From contig CAISZI010000047.1 of the NCBI GenBank assembly GCA_903889905.1, positions 80,096 to 144,095 of the forward strand: a stretch of DNA of 64,000 nt, read 5' to 3'. The notes beneath the pieces were generated by a model. That model was not told the DNA's origin and did not search any database. It worked only from the letters and a program-made list of their open reading frames with translations. The stretch comes from Candidatus Wirthbacteria bacterium. GTDB taxonomy: Bacteria; Patescibacteriota; CG2-30-54-11. Position numbers and translations under genes: made by a program. Each line of letters begins with the position of its first letter. Within the stretch, counting starts at the first letter, position 1. Positions 1 to 10,092 of the stretch are shown in pieces.

Positions 1-1
1 G

Positions 2-448
2 GACACCCGTGGGGAAGGCATTTTCTGCAGCCGCGTACTCGGTTTCAAACCTTATGCCGGCGACATTGAAATGCGCGATTTCGGCTCCATGGTTACGATG
101 ATTACAGGAAAAGCAGCAGCCTATACCATGGCCAATCTGGAAGAACGCGGCAACCTGTACATTGCACCCATGACCGAAGTTTATGAAGGCATGGTTATCG
201 GCAGCGTCACCAAAGGTACCGACATGCGTGTCAACCCGGTCAAAGGCAAACATCTAACCAATATGCGCATGTCCGTCGCCGAAGAAGCGATTCACCTGTC
301 GCCGCCACTCACCCTCAGCATCGAACGTGGCCTGGAAATCATGGCCGAAGATGAACTGCTCGAAATTACACCAAAAAGTATTCGGTTACGCAAAAAATAC
401 CTGACTGATCTGGAATTCAAAAAAGCCAAACAAGCGGGACAGATCTAA
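2..448 (+). CDS. typA: Translational GTPase TypA/BipA, C-terminal part (5' end outside window)
   Basis: Frame is open from base 2 (DTRGEGIF...). It carries the BipA C-terminal motifs EVYEGMVIG, VNPVKGKHLTNMR and ELLEITPKSIRLRK. Confidence 0.95.
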   Translation, partial: DTRGEGIFCSRVLGFKPYAGDIEMRDFGSMVTMITGKAAAYTMANLEERGNLYIAPMTEVYEGMVIGSVTKGTDMRVNPVKGKHLTNMRMSVAEEAIHLSPPLTLSIERGLEIMAEDELLEITPKSIRLRKKYLTDLEFKKAKQAGQI

Positions 449-467
449 ATTCTCCGATCGTATTCCC

Positions 468-498
468 CTAGGGGCGGGTTCATGAACCGCCCTTTTTT
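468..498 (+). repeat. GTAG-type REP-like palindrome that probably doubles as the typA terminator
   Basis: ctaggggcgggttcatgaaccgccc followed by T6, between convergent genes. Same family as 7803-7866. Confidence 0.6.
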
Positions 499-1151
499 GT
501 GTTCTCCAAAAACTCCCCAATCGCCGTCACTGTCGCGTCATCATGCAAAATCCGCGTATGCCCATTGACTGCCACCTCGACATTCTTTGCCCCCGCCAGT
601 ATCAGGCTCGATTTGGGAATGATGTGATTGTCGAAACGCGGATACAGGTTCAAAAACAGATGATTTAACCCGCTCGCCTGGTTGAGTTCACTTAAGAGAG
701 CACTACCGGGGACCAGTTCCCGCTGCTTTGGCCCCAGCCACTTTGCCCGATGGGAGCCACCGAACGGTGCCGAGATCGACACCACTTTGTCCACCTTGGC
801 GGCAAACAGCGGATACTTGAACAAGGCGTATTTGATGATCAGGCAACCTTTGCTGTGCCCAAGCAAAATGACCGGACCAGCTACACTCTGCAGACGCACG
901 ACCAGTTCATCGGCGAGCTGCGCCACGGGTTCCGTTCCCACTTGTTGCAGGCCAATAACAATGTGGAATCCCATCCGATGCAACGCATTGCCAATTCTGC
1001 CCAAAAACCAAAACGACTCATGCAGCCCTGGCACCAGCACAATCGTCTCGCGGGTATCTGTGTTCCAAGCAAACGGCGGTCGGCGCTGCCAGAGCGCAGC
1101 GATTTTGAGCCAGAGGATTAACCCATATTCCTTTACCATGTCAACCAGCAA
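480..1151 (-). CDS. Alpha/beta hydrolase (lipase/esterase-like)
   Basis: LVPG oxyanion region, GHSKG nucleophile elbow, SAPFGGS, candidate Asp (FDNHI) and His (NGHTRIL). SD ggggagga precedes the TTG start. Confidence 0.85.
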   Translation of the reverse strand: MLVDMVKEYGLILWLKIAALWQRRPPFAWNTDTRETIVLVPGLHESFWFLGRIGNALHRMGFHIVIGLQQVGTEPVAQLADELVVRLQSVAGPVILLGHSKGCLIIKYALFKYPLFAAKVDKVVSISAPFGGSHRAKWLGPKQRELVPGSALLSELNQASGLNHLFLNLYPRFDNHIIPKSSLILAGAKNVEVAVNGHTRILHDDATVTAIGEFLENTKKGGS

Positions 1152-1321
1152 CAGTTCCTCCCCATGTCAAAAAAAGTTAGTTGTCGATTAGATTGTAGCG
1201 ACTTTATTTCCATAAGCAAAGCGTGATAAACTCAACTTAAAAGTATCTTAGTTGACTTGTTTGTTTATTGCTTCGGCTTTCGTATAATCAATGCCAGTGG
1301 TCTATTAAATAAAGACAACCC

Positions 1322-1870
1322 ATGGTCCAAAACGAAGTGCTGCATGCGATCGAAACCCGACGTTCCGTCCGTGATTTCCAGGATCGTCCCGTGGAAGCAG
1401 AAATCATTCAACAACTGCTGCACGCTGCGGTCATGGCACCTTCGGCACGCAACGTCCAGCCCTGGCATTTTTCGCTTGTCCAGGGACGTGAAAACATCCA
1501 GATTTTTGGCGAAATGGCCTATGCTGACCAACATTTTTTGACCAAGGTCGGGTTTAAAATCGCCTCTGTCAAAAATATTTTTTATAATGCGCCGCTGCTG
1601 ATCGCCATTTCCGGTCCGCGTTCCCATCGCTGGCTCCGCGACGATGCCAATCTGGCTGCAGAAAATATTTTACTCGCTGCACACAGTCTCGGGTTAGGTA
1701 GTTGCTGGATCGGTTATGCCGAAGGTTTGAATCACAACGCCCAGGCCAAAGACAAACTCCAGGTCCCACCGGACTTTGATCTGGTCATTTTTCTGATTCT
1801 GGGTTACCCCAGCCAGCCGCTGTCGCCACCGCCGACGCGTACCCCAAAAATATTGAAATGGATCAAATAG
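1322..1870 (+). CDS. Nitroreductase family protein
   Basis: RRSVRDF, APSARNVQPWHF and AAHSLGLGSCWIG motifs. Confidence 0.93.
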   Translation: MVQNEVLHAIETRRSVRDFQDRPVEAEIIQQLLHAAVMAPSARNVQPWHFSLVQGRENIQIFGEMAYADQHFLTKVGFKIASVKNIFYNAPLLIAISGPRSHRWLRDDANLAAENILLAAHSLGLGSCWIGYAEGLNHNAQAKDKLQVPPDFDLVIFLILGYPSQPLSPPPTRTPKILKWIK

Positions 1871-1956
1871 TAAACGGAAGCAGATAGCCAGCACTACCTT
1901 TTCCTCATCGGTTTCTGCTAATATCTGGCTGACTCATTCATCAGTATAGGATTACC

Positions 1957-2685
1957 ATGCGCAAATTCCTGCTCGGCGCTTTGATCACGCTCGGATCCAT
2001 CTTGGTCGTTGCCTTGCTGGTCCTGGGTTATCTGGGCTTCATTCCGGGACTTTCCAGTGTGTTTGGTGCTGACAAACCCAGAAATCTGGGCGTTACCTAC
2101 ACCGCCGCGGATTATGACAGCGCCCACCGCAAAAGTGGCATACAGCTAAGTAGCCTGCCTGATACCGGCAAGAGCGAAGGGAGCATTGTCATGACCGGGA
2201 AACAGCCTTTGACCAGTACCTTTAGCTCCGCCGAAATCACCGCCGCGGCCAATGAACGCAAGTGGAAATATTGGCCAATCAGCAAAGTGCAGGTCAAATT
2301 CAACAGTGACGGCAGCATGGAATCCTCAGGTGTCCTCAATATCGGCAAACTGGTTAGCTACGCACAGGCTCTGGGCCTGGCACAGGCAGACATCAAACAG
2401 GCCTTGGACGCGCTCAAAAGCATTCCCACCAATCCCGCCTTTTATGTCAAACTCAAAACTACCGTGACCGACAACAAGGTCAGCATGGATGTGCAGCAGG
2501 CCGAACTGGGCCGACTGTCTCTGACACCAGACATTATCAAAAACGCCCAAGGCAAAGTCATCGATGCCTTTAACGCTTACCTTGCCTCAAGCCCCAACAT
2601 CAGCATCAAATCGCTTTCCTTTGCCGATGGCAAAGTTAATTTCGATGGGACTCTGCCCGCTGCGGAAGCCACAGTGAACCGTTAA
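1957..2685 (+). CDS. Hypothetical N-terminally membrane-anchored protein
   Basis: Long ORF with an N-terminal hydrophobic helix and host-like codon usage. Confidence 0.8.
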   Translation: MRKFLLGALITLGSILVVALLVLGYLGFIPGLSSVFGADKPRNLGVTYTAADYDSAHRKSGIQLSSLPDTGKSEGSIVMTGKQPLTSTFSSAEITAAANERKWKYWPISKVQVKFNSDGSMESSGVLNIGKLVSYAQALGLAQADIKQALDALKSIPTNPAFYVKLKTTVTDNKVSMDVQQAELGRLSLTPDIIKNAQGKVIDAFNAYLASSPNISIKSLSFADGKVNFDGTLPAAEATVNR

Positions 2686-2728
2686 AATGGTATAATAAGA
2701 TTGTCCTCTTCCCACCCAAAACAAAAAA

Positions 2729-3574
2729 ATGCCAAAACCTCACAAAAAAATATTGCTGACGATTATCCCGATAGTCTGGGGAATATTTTTTGTGCCCCTC
2801 GTGGTGCAGAATTTTACCCGGCATGGCGCCATCAGCTACTATCCAACCGTGTCCACCACATTGCAACCGGAACTCGGGGACCACTGGTATGCCTTGAGCA
2901 AGGACGGCAAATCCATTGGTTATATCTTTAACCACCTGGATCTCACCGATAGCGAAAGTACGACGCCGTATTTCAGCAGCGAAGAAAGTTATGTGCAAAC
3001 CGCCATTGCCGGGACGACGATTGACTTGATGATCCTGGAACAAAGCCAGCTTAACCGGAATTTGAGCCCTGCCACCCTGTCTGGAGTAATCGACATCGGC
3101 GATCTCAAGCTGGACATGGTCATGACCAAAACCAATAACGATTACAAACTAACCCTGACCGGACTGGGCGAGACCATCAACAAATCCTGGAGCAGTCTCT
3201 CCACCACCTACACACCGCTCAGCATGTACCTGCAACTCACAGCCACCAAAGCCAAACCACACCAGTCCGGCGCTTTCCCGACGCTGAATGCACTCACTCA
3301 GACTCCTGGTGTGACCATTGCCACATTTGTTGGAACAGAAACACTATCCCAAGGCGAACGACAAATCAAAACCAATCACTTCGCCATCACGAGCCAGGGA
3401 CTGACCTCGCAGGTCTGGCTGGATGAACATGGCACTCTGATCCGCGAGGCAAACAGTGGCTACACATCAGAACTGGTCGATGCCAAAGCGGTCCGCGCCA
3501 TGTATCTGAACCAACATCTCAAACAAAATCAACCGATCCCGACGCCGCTCTCGGCACCACTTAATAACCATTAA
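2729..3574 (+). CDS. Hypothetical exported beta-rich protein, first gene of an ABC operon
   Basis: N-terminal TM segment, TGGTATAAT extended -10 at 2688-2696, and an 11-bp gap to the ABC ATPase. Confidence 0.8.
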   Translation: MPKPHKKILLTIIPIVWGIFFVPLVVQNFTRHGAISYYPTVSTTLQPELGDHWYALSKDGKSIGYIFNHLDLTDSESTTPYFSSEESYVQTAIAGTTIDLMILEQSQLNRNLSPATLSGVIDIGDLKLDMVMTKTNNDYKLTLTGLGETINKSWSSLSTTYTPLSMYLQLTATKAKPHQSGAFPTLNALTQTPGVTIATFVGTETLSQGERQIKTNHFAITSQGLTSQVWLDEHGTLIREANSGYTSELVDAKAVRAMYLNQHLKQNQPIPTPLSAPLNNH

Positions 3575-3585
3575 AAACAAAAAAC

Positions 3586-4335
3586 ATGCTGGAAATCAAC
3601 CACCTGAGTAAACGTTTTGGCAAACTGGAAGCCGTGAATGATGTCCATCTGGATGTCAAAGACGGTGAAATTTTTGGCTTCCTGGGCCCCAATGGCGCTG
3701 GCAAAACGACCACCATCAAATGCATTGCCGGTCTGCAGCATCCCAGCGCCGGCTTCATCCGCATCAATGGCCACGACGTGCACCACGACCCACTGCAGGC
3801 CAAAGCGGCGCTCTCATACATTCCCGACGAACCCTATTTGTACGAAAAATTAAGTGGCCGTGAATACCTGGAACTCGTCGGCCAGCTCCACCTGATGCAA
3901 CACGAGGATATCCAGACGCGCATTGACGAACTTCTCAAATTGTTTGGCATCGAAGAATACCAGGCCGAGCTGACCGAAGGCTATTCGCACGGCACTCGCC
4001 AGAAATTCGTCTTTACCGCTGCGCTGCTGCCACGGCCGGAACTGCTCCTGGTCGACGAACCGCTGGTGGGACTTGACCCCCAGAATGCCCATCTGGTCAA
4101 AGAACTGCTTCGACTCATTGCCCGCGACCACCATGTCACCATTTTCATGTCCACACATACACTTTCTCTGGCGCAGGAAATCTGCGACCGCATCGGTATC
4201 ATCCATCGTGGCCGCCTGGTCGCCCTCGGTACGTTAGCTGACTTGCAGCAACAGGCTTCCACCGTCAACCAGAATCTCGAAACCATGTACCTCAAACTAA
4301 CCGGTGAATCCGCCCATGTCCAACTCTCCTGGTAA
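3586..4335 (+). CDS. ABC transporter ATP-binding protein
   Basis: Walker A GPNGAGKTT, signature YSHGTRQK, Walker B LLVDEP, H-loop STH. Confidence 0.95.
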   Translation: MLEINHLSKRFGKLEAVNDVHLDVKDGEIFGFLGPNGAGKTTTIKCIAGLQHPSAGFIRINGHDVHHDPLQAKAALSYIPDEPYLYEKLSGREYLELVGQLHLMQHEDIQTRIDELLKLFGIEEYQAELTEGYSHGTRQKFVFTAALLPRPELLLVDEPLVGLDPQNAHLVKELLRLIARDHHVTIFMSTHTLSLAQEICDRIGIIHRGRLVALGTLADLQQQASTVNQNLETMYLKLTGESAHVQLSW

Positions 4336-6022
4336 TTTCGATACTTACCTCCGCTTCCCTTTGAAGTTGCTGGGTCTGCGCTTCAAGTCAATTCCACGCG
4401 GGTTCAAAACGCTTGGCATTGGGCGGCAGGTGTTATTTGTCCCATTTGCCTTTGTTGCTCTGGGATTTGTGGCACTGCTTTATATCATCACGCGGCAGGT
4501 GGTGGTTTTTACTCTCGCGCAAGGCGACGCGGGAACGTCTATTTTGATGAATGGATTGGCAACGGTGATGTCCAGCCTGTTTTTCCTGCTTTTGGTCAGT
4601 ACGTTGATCACCGCGACAACCACCCTGTTTCGAAGCCGAGAAACCATCTGGCTGTTTGGTCAGCCGATCAAACCGATCACAATCTACATTTACAAAGCCA
4701 TGGAAACGTCGCTCTACAGCGCCTGGATCATGTTTGTGCTGGCTATTCCCATCCTCGCTGGACTGGTCATAGGCGTAGGCGCCGGAACGCTGAGTGTGCT
4801 GTGGATGGTTTTGCTCGCATTATTGTTGTTTGCCATCAGTTGTGTGCTGGGCTTATTGCTCGCGTTTGTGCTGGTATGGGCGCTCCCTTGGATTCAGCGC
4901 TACGCCCTGGTGCTGCTCACGGTAGTGTTGGGTATTGGCATCTATTCTTTCCTGCAATCCCGCAACAGCACTTCCACCAATTTACTTCCTGACCTCAACA
5001 GTTTCAGCGCCGTGGAACAATATGTAAACGGCCTGCAAACCTCCTCGCCACTCATGCCCGGCAGCTGGTTTTCGCTGGCCTTCTGGAATTTTGTCCACGG
5101 CAATTTATCCCAAGCCCTGTATTGGGCAGCGCTCATGCTGACCAGCCTGCTCATGGGCATTGAAGTGGTACTGCTGGTTGCAAAAAGCTGGTATATGCGC
5201 CTGTGGTGGTATGCCTGGGGCAATGGCTTTGCCACCAAAAAACGTAAACTCGCCCACATGCTGCACTCACCCGTATTCCCACGCATGGTAACGTTGCTCG
5301 AAAAAGACGCCAAAACATTTGTGCGCGACACCCGCCAGTGGTTACAGAGCCTGTCGCTCCTGGGGCTGCTCTCGGTCTTTGTCCTGCTGCTTAGGCAAGT
5401 GCCCTCGCATTTCAAAGTCATGCAGGCGATGTTTGCCACCATGGTAGCCTATTTGTCATTTGCCACAGTTGGCTATTTTTTTACCACCTTTGCCCTGCGC
5501 TACGTATTCCCAGCCATGAGCCTCGAGGGCCGTTCATTCTGGTCGTTGCTGACGTTACCCATGCGCCGGTCAAAAGTATTGCTGCTCAAGCTGATCCCAC
5601 TGCTTGTGGCCATGCTGGTCGTGGCTTTATTGGGCACAGTATTCATCAACTCGCTGCTCGGGTTACCGCAGGAAATCGCTAAGCTGTCGCTGATCGCAAC
5701 CCTCGGTGTCGTGCTCGTGATCGTTTTCCTCACCTTTGGCGTGGGCACGATTTGGATCAACCTCAAGGAAAACGACCCGGCCAAACTCTCCAGCAGCCTG
5801 CCGGCGATCGTTTGTACCATGGTTGTTTTTGGCTATCTCACCCTGATGGTCGTGGCACTCGCAGTGCCGTTTGACCAGTATTTCAAATCGATTTTCGGCA
5901 GCGGCACCTTTGACCAGAGCCTTGCGAACGCTATTTTGACCGGCATCGTTGGCAGCGCGCTTATCCTCAGCGGAACGCTGTGGCTGCTCACGGCAAAACT
6001 ATTTGAGGGGAAGGATTTCTAG
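4316..6022 (+). CDS. ABC exporter permease (~12 TM)
   Basis: Two halves of multiple TM helices, KD...RD and SLEGRSFWSLLTLP motifs, overlaps the ATPase stop. Start could instead be GTG 4304. Confidence 0.88.
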   Translation: MSNSPGNFDTYLRFPLKLLGLRFKSIPRGFKTLGIGRQVLFVPFAFVALGFVALLYIITRQVVVFTLAQGDAGTSILMNGLATVMSSLFFLLLVSTLITATTTLFRSRETIWLFGQPIKPITIYIYKAMETSLYSAWIMFVLAIPILAGLVIGVGAGTLSVLWMVLLALLLFAISCVLGLLLAFVLVWALPWIQRYALVLLTVVLGIGIYSFLQSRNSTSTNLLPDLNSFSAVEQYVNGLQTSSPLMPGSWFSLAFWNFVHGNLSQALYWAALMLTSLLMGIEVVLLVAKSWYMRLWWYAWGNGFATKKRKLAHMLHSPVFPRMVTLLEKDAKTFVRDTRQWLQSLSLLGLLSVFVLLLRQVPSHFKVMQAMFATMVAYLSFATVGYFFTTFALRYVFPAMSLEGRSFWSLLTLPMRRSKVLLLKLIPLLVAMLVVALLGTVFINSLLGLPQEIAKLSLIATLGVVLVIVFLTFGVGTIWINLKENDPAKLSSSLPAIVCTMVVFGYLTLMVVALAVPFDQYFKSIFGSGTFDQSLANAILTGIVGSALILSGTLWLLTAKLFEGKDF

Positions 6023-6677
6023 GGCTATCGGTAAATTCACTTATGCGCTCAGACAAATCCCTCAGAAAAACATCGGGTACTAAATGATATTGACTCAAAA
6101 CAAAAAAATACTCTTTAACAATGATTAAATGCGCCAGCTGGATATGCCCATTAATAATTGCCTCTCTTTTAATTTTCTCGTTGCCCAATTCCATAATTTT
6201 GAAGATCTGCCGATACATTTCAGGGCTGACACCCGCAACTAATTGCTCCCATGATTGCTGAACTTTGTGGGTATCACTACCTTCAATCACTGCTGATGGT
6301 AACTCACCGGACTGTTGGCCTAGCTGGACATGATGAAACAAAGCGACTAATTTACTCAGGGCGCAAAATTGCTCAAGCTTGTCGCTGGGATAATATTTGC
6401 TGTCAACTAACGCCTTGAGATAATTCTCGATCAAGACAAAATCGTGATCACTCACGTCCCCCAACCCATGTAAGGCATGATTGGCTGTGGTGATGTCTCC
6501 CGCTTGTAACAACAGTTTGACATGATCATGGTTGACGGACTGCCCTTTTTCAAAGGTTTGATTGTATTTAGTAACTCCAACTGTTTGTACCATTTCAAGC
6601 CAGGCGCTTTCTATGGTTTCTCTTGCTTGATCCAAAATTGGCATGCGCGTCGCTTGCTCAGAAAGATCATCCGCCAT
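5988..6677 (-). CDS. Hypothetical alpha-helical protein
   Basis: 229-aa ORF with ATG start, visibly more AT-rich than its neighbours, no recognisable motif. Confidence 0.7.
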   Translation of the reverse strand: MADDLSEQATRMPILDQARETIESAWLEMVQTVGVTKYNQTFEKGQSVNHDHVKLLLQAGDITTANHALHGLGDVSDHDFVLIENYLKALVDSKYYPSDKLEQFCALSKLVALFHHVQLGQQSGELPSAVIEGSDTHKVQQSWEQLVAGVSPEMYRQIFKIMELGNEKIKREAIINGHIQLAHLIIVKEYFFVLSQYHLVPDVFLRDLSERISEFTDSPRNPSPQIVLP

Positions 6678-6711
6678 AAATAAACAACATTTAATAGACT
6701 AAGGACAATAA

Positions 6712-7791
6712 TTATATCACCTTTTTCGGACTGGCCAAGCCAAGTCCCCTATCCAACACGGCAGCAATCATCCCCCCCGCCAGCACCGCCACAAAAGGAT
6801 AAACCGGTAGCAGGTACCACGCCAGCTTGGTCCCGGCCAGTGAAATAATGACGAACGTGCCCAATGTCATTCCCAATAGTACAAACTCCTCAAACCGTCT
6901 GCGTTTGACCCAACGCCACGCGCCAAACGCCAGCGCCGCGACAAACAACCCAATACCGGGAAAAAATTCCGGTTTCATCAGCAACCCCAAATAATACCAC
7001 CCCCCCTCGCGATGGCCCTCTAGCGCCCCACCAAGCCTGGCCAAAAGATGATAACCCAGATACTCGTTCCAAAAGCGGCCGCCATAAAAGATTGTCATCA
7101 ATAAATGCCACGGCAAGACCATGAACCCAAAAAGCCCAAAGGCGGTCAAAACTGACTTGCTGGTGAATTTTATACGTTGGCCCAAAACCCAAACAGCAAA
7201 CAAAAGTGTTGGCAGAAATGCGAGCGGCCCCTTTGTCATAAACGCCAATCCAGTAAGCAGCGCGCCCAGATAAAGCCAGCGCTGTGACTGCAAGGCTTTG
7301 GTCAGGGCAAAAACAGTCAGTGTCATGAGCAGCATTTGCAAGGCATCACTGTCTGCTGACCGTAAGTTGTGTGTGGCAAAAACATTGGCTGGATTGTATT
7401 GCCAGAGTTGGCCGATGCTCAGCATGACAAGTCCCGCAACCGATCCCGAAAGTGGCGAATACCACGCCCGCGCCATGCCGTAAACCAGCAGGACAAGCAA
7501 GAATCCCGCCACGGCAGTTACCAGACGGAGGCTGAAAATTGAGTTGCCAAAAAAGGAAACACTCACCAGTCCGGCGTCATACCACAGTGGCGGCTTTTCC
7601 CAAAACGGCCCATCGTTCAACTTCAAAATCCACGGCGACGAACTCTGCAGCGTTTCCGTAACAACCTGCAAGTTCGTGCCTTCGTCCCATCGTTCCACCG
7701 GATGAAAGCTTAGTCCCCAAAAACACTGGACCGCCGCCATCACCACGAGCGCACCAAATAACAATCTGTGAATATTTTTGGTTGACGACAT
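6712..7791 (-). CDS. ArnT/PMT-family (GT-C) membrane glycosyltransferase
   Basis: WDEG, EKPPL, MTKG and KLAWYLLPVYP motifs; multiple TM helices. Confidence 0.9.
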   Translation of the reverse strand: MSSTKNIHRLLFGALVVMAAVQCFWGLSFHPVERWDEGTNLQVVTETLQSSSPWILKLNDGPFWEKPPLWYDAGLVSVSFFGNSIFSLRLVTAVAGFLLVLLVYGMARAWYSPLSGSVAGLVMLSIGQLWQYNPANVFATHNLRSADSDALQMLLMTLTVFALTKALQSQRWLYLGALLTGLAFMTKGPLAFLPTLLFAVWVLGQRIKFTSKSVLTAFGLFGFMVLPWHLLMTIFYGGRFWNEYLGYHLLARLGGALEGHREGGWYYLGLLMKPEFFPGIGLFVAALAFGAWRWVKRRRFEEFVLLGMTLGTFVIISLAGTKLAWYLLPVYPFVAVLAGGMIAAVLDRGLGLASPKKVI

Positions 7792-7802
7792 TGCATTTCA
7801 TC

Positions 7803-7866
7803 GTAGGGGCGATTCACGAATCGCCCTCCTAATCAAGACAGTGGGCGGTTCGTGAACCGCCCCTAC
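7803..7866. repeat. Inverted doublet of GTAG-type REP palindromes (REPIN/BIME-like)
   Basis: gtaggggcgattcacgaatcgccct (7803-7827) faces gggcggttcgtgaaccgcccctac (7843-7866). Confidence 0.75.
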
Positions 7867-7872
7867 AAACAA

Positions 7873-10092
7873 TTAATACACCACCATCGCCACCCCAAAC
7901 CAGCTCCACATGCTCTTGAACTGGGCGGGAGACAAGGTGCGGTAACCCAGCCACGGATCATTGACATATATTTTCGTTGGGTTGGTGGGAGTGCCATCGT
8001 AGCCGGTCACCACCACGCTGTGCATACCACTCACACCGAGCACGGACACCCCATCCTTCGCGGTCCAGTTCATGGGCGTGGGTGTCGAAAAACCATTCTG
8101 GCCCCAGGTTTCAACCGGATTGCCATTTTGCACTTCGGTCAGCAGTGCTGTGAGGTCGGTTCCGGTGATCATTTTGGTCGACCGCAAACTGCCGACATAA
8201 GTCGAAATCGGCTCCCAATATGTCCCGTAACCATTAACAAAACCTTTGTGAGGATCCCCGTTGTTGCCTGAACCCGCGTTGTAAGTGCCGGCATCTCCCA
8301 CACCCGCACGTATTTGAGCATTGGAGACATAGACGCCATGATAAGCGAGCAACATTCGTGCTGCCACCAAATTACAATACCAGGCTCCATCGCCGCTGTG
8401 ATCCTGCAGGTAAAGTGGCACACTTAATTTGACCGAGGGCGGCAGTGTCGTGAAACTCGATTGAAAGGCAGTGGTCATGGGTAAGCCATAGGTACTTATC
8501 ACTCCGGCTGCCAACTGATATGTGTAAGTGGTCAGAAAACTCAAATTGGTTGAAGGACTAAACGTCATCGTGTTTCCGTTCCAGCCAAAATTTCCAGCCA
8601 CCGCGGGTGTCAGGCTAAAACTTCCTTGGGCAGATGCATGCTCCATGGGCTGGTCAAACGTGATGACAAGATTGGGTTGCAATCCCACATTACTCACGCC
8701 GCTGGCTGGATTCTGGCCAACAATTTTCGCGGCGCCAATCGTTGTAAACAGATAATCCACTTCCGCCTCAAGTCGGCCGCCGTGACTGTTTTTGGCGCCT
8801 GACGCAATCGCCAGTTTGTAGTCGGTCGCCTTCTGCCAGGCTTGCGGGGTAAAGGTCAACGTTTTGCCATCAGCCTGCCATTGCCAGGTGCCCTGCGTGG
8901 CCGGGGTAAGGGAGATAGCGGACGTCACACTGGTCTGATCCATGGCATCGTCAAAGACGATCGCAAGTCCGTGATCCGCGTGGATATTATTCCCCTGCGG
9001 CGCAAAGGACTGAATGAACGGGGCCCTTACCGTCGTGAAGTGAACTTCGCTGATCATCGCCGGATCGGTCTGGCTGATGGTTTGGCCGGTGGCGATATCA
9101 TAAATAACATCGGAACGCAAAAGTTTGACATCGTAGACAGTCCCCTGGCTCAGCGGTTTGGCAAATTTCAGTATCAGCGCCAGCGCGTTGGTTGGTTCCA
9201 GGCTGAAGTCGACAGGAGGAACTACCTGCGCCTGCCACGCCACCTGTTTGCCATCTTCGGACGACAGGTTAAAAATCAAACTGGCATTGGTGAGTACATT
9301 GTTGGCATTGTCAGGGAGCGAGGTACTGGCCACGGCAGGAACCGGTACAGCCTTAAAATTCAATTCGAATTCGTTGCCTGGTTTGGGATAAACCGGGTTG
9401 GCAATGTAAGCAAGATAAGACATTACCGACCCGCCCGGCGACAGCGTCTGTTCCGGATAAAATTTCACTTTACGGGCAAGGGGCAGCCAGGAAACGTATT
9501 TTTCATACACGACTTTGCCTGGCAAATCTGGTGCAAAGTTCAAGGCCAGTTTGGAGGTGTCGATCGGTACGTTAAATTCGTAGGTAATGGGCTGGTCGTA
9601 GGATTTGAGTGCGGCACCTTCACGAGGATAAGTCGCGATGATCCCAGGCTTGGGCAATAACAACAAATTATATTCCCAGCCACAGACACCAATCACTGCC
9701 AGATTCAGTGCCAGCAGCCAGTGTTTCCATAATCTGGCAAACAGCGTGGGTTTACTTTTGGCCGGAACTCGCGTGGCGGATGCAACCACGGGTGATTTTA
9801 ATTTGCGGGGTTTTGCTTTAATTTTGCTGGCGTGGAAAGGTTCCACTACCATTTGGGCTTCACTTTCAAACAACTCTTTTTGCCGCGTGCGCTTATGCGG
9901 CGGTGGTGTTTTGACATACAGTGATGATTTTTCCAGGTACTGCTTCCGCCCGCCTTCCTGTTTGTGCTCGGGTCCAGCCGCTTCACCCTCATGGCTGGCA
10001 TCACCGAGCTTTTTTTTCACTCTGTCTGACAGCACCAGCGACAGATGTTGCCTGGGCTTATGCCTGTGTTTGGAAAGTATTTTTTTAGACAT
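7873..10092 (-). CDS. Membrane-anchored protein with ~4 Ig-like (Big_5/SbsA-type) domains and a C-terminal C39-like cysteine peptidase
   Basis: Basic N-terminal tail, TM, repeats of I.F..PMD..S / LTFTP...Y. Catalytic triad WYC, MHSVVVTGY, VNDPW. Confidence 0.85.
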   Translation of the reverse strand: MSKKILSKHRHKPRQHLSLVLSDRVKKKLGDASHEGEAAGPEHKQEGGRKQYLEKSSLYVKTPPPHKRTRQKELFESEAQMVVEPFHASKIKAKPRKLKSPVVASATRVPAKSKPTLFARLWKHWLLALNLAVIGVCGWEYNLLLLPKPGIIATYPREGAALKSYDQPITYEFNVPIDTSKLALNFAPDLPGKVVYEKYVSWLPLARKVKFYPEQTLSPGGSVMSYLAYIANPVYPKPGNEFELNFKAVPVPAVASTSLPDNANNVLTNASLIFNLSSEDGKQVAWQAQVVPPVDFSLEPTNALALILKFAKPLSQGTVYDVKLLRSDVIYDIATGQTISQTDPAMISEVHFTTVRAPFIQSFAPQGNNIHADHGLAIVFDDAMDQTSVTSAISLTPATQGTWQWQADGKTLTFTPQAWQKATDYKLAIASGAKNSHGGRLEAEVDYLFTTIGAAKIVGQNPASGVSNVGLQPNLVITFDQPMEHASAQGSFSLTPAVAGNFGWNGNTMTFSPSTNLSFLTTYTYQLAAGVISTYGLPMTTAFQSSFTTLPPSVKLSVPLYLQDHSGDGAWYCNLVAARMLLAYHGVYVSNAQIRAGVGDAGTYNAGSGNNGDPHKGFVNGYGTYWEPISTYVGSLRSTKMITGTDLTALLTEVQNGNPVETWGQNGFSTPTPMNWTAKDGVSVLGVSGMHSVVVTGYDGTPTNPTKIYVNDPWLGYRTLSPAQFKSMWSWFGVAMVVY

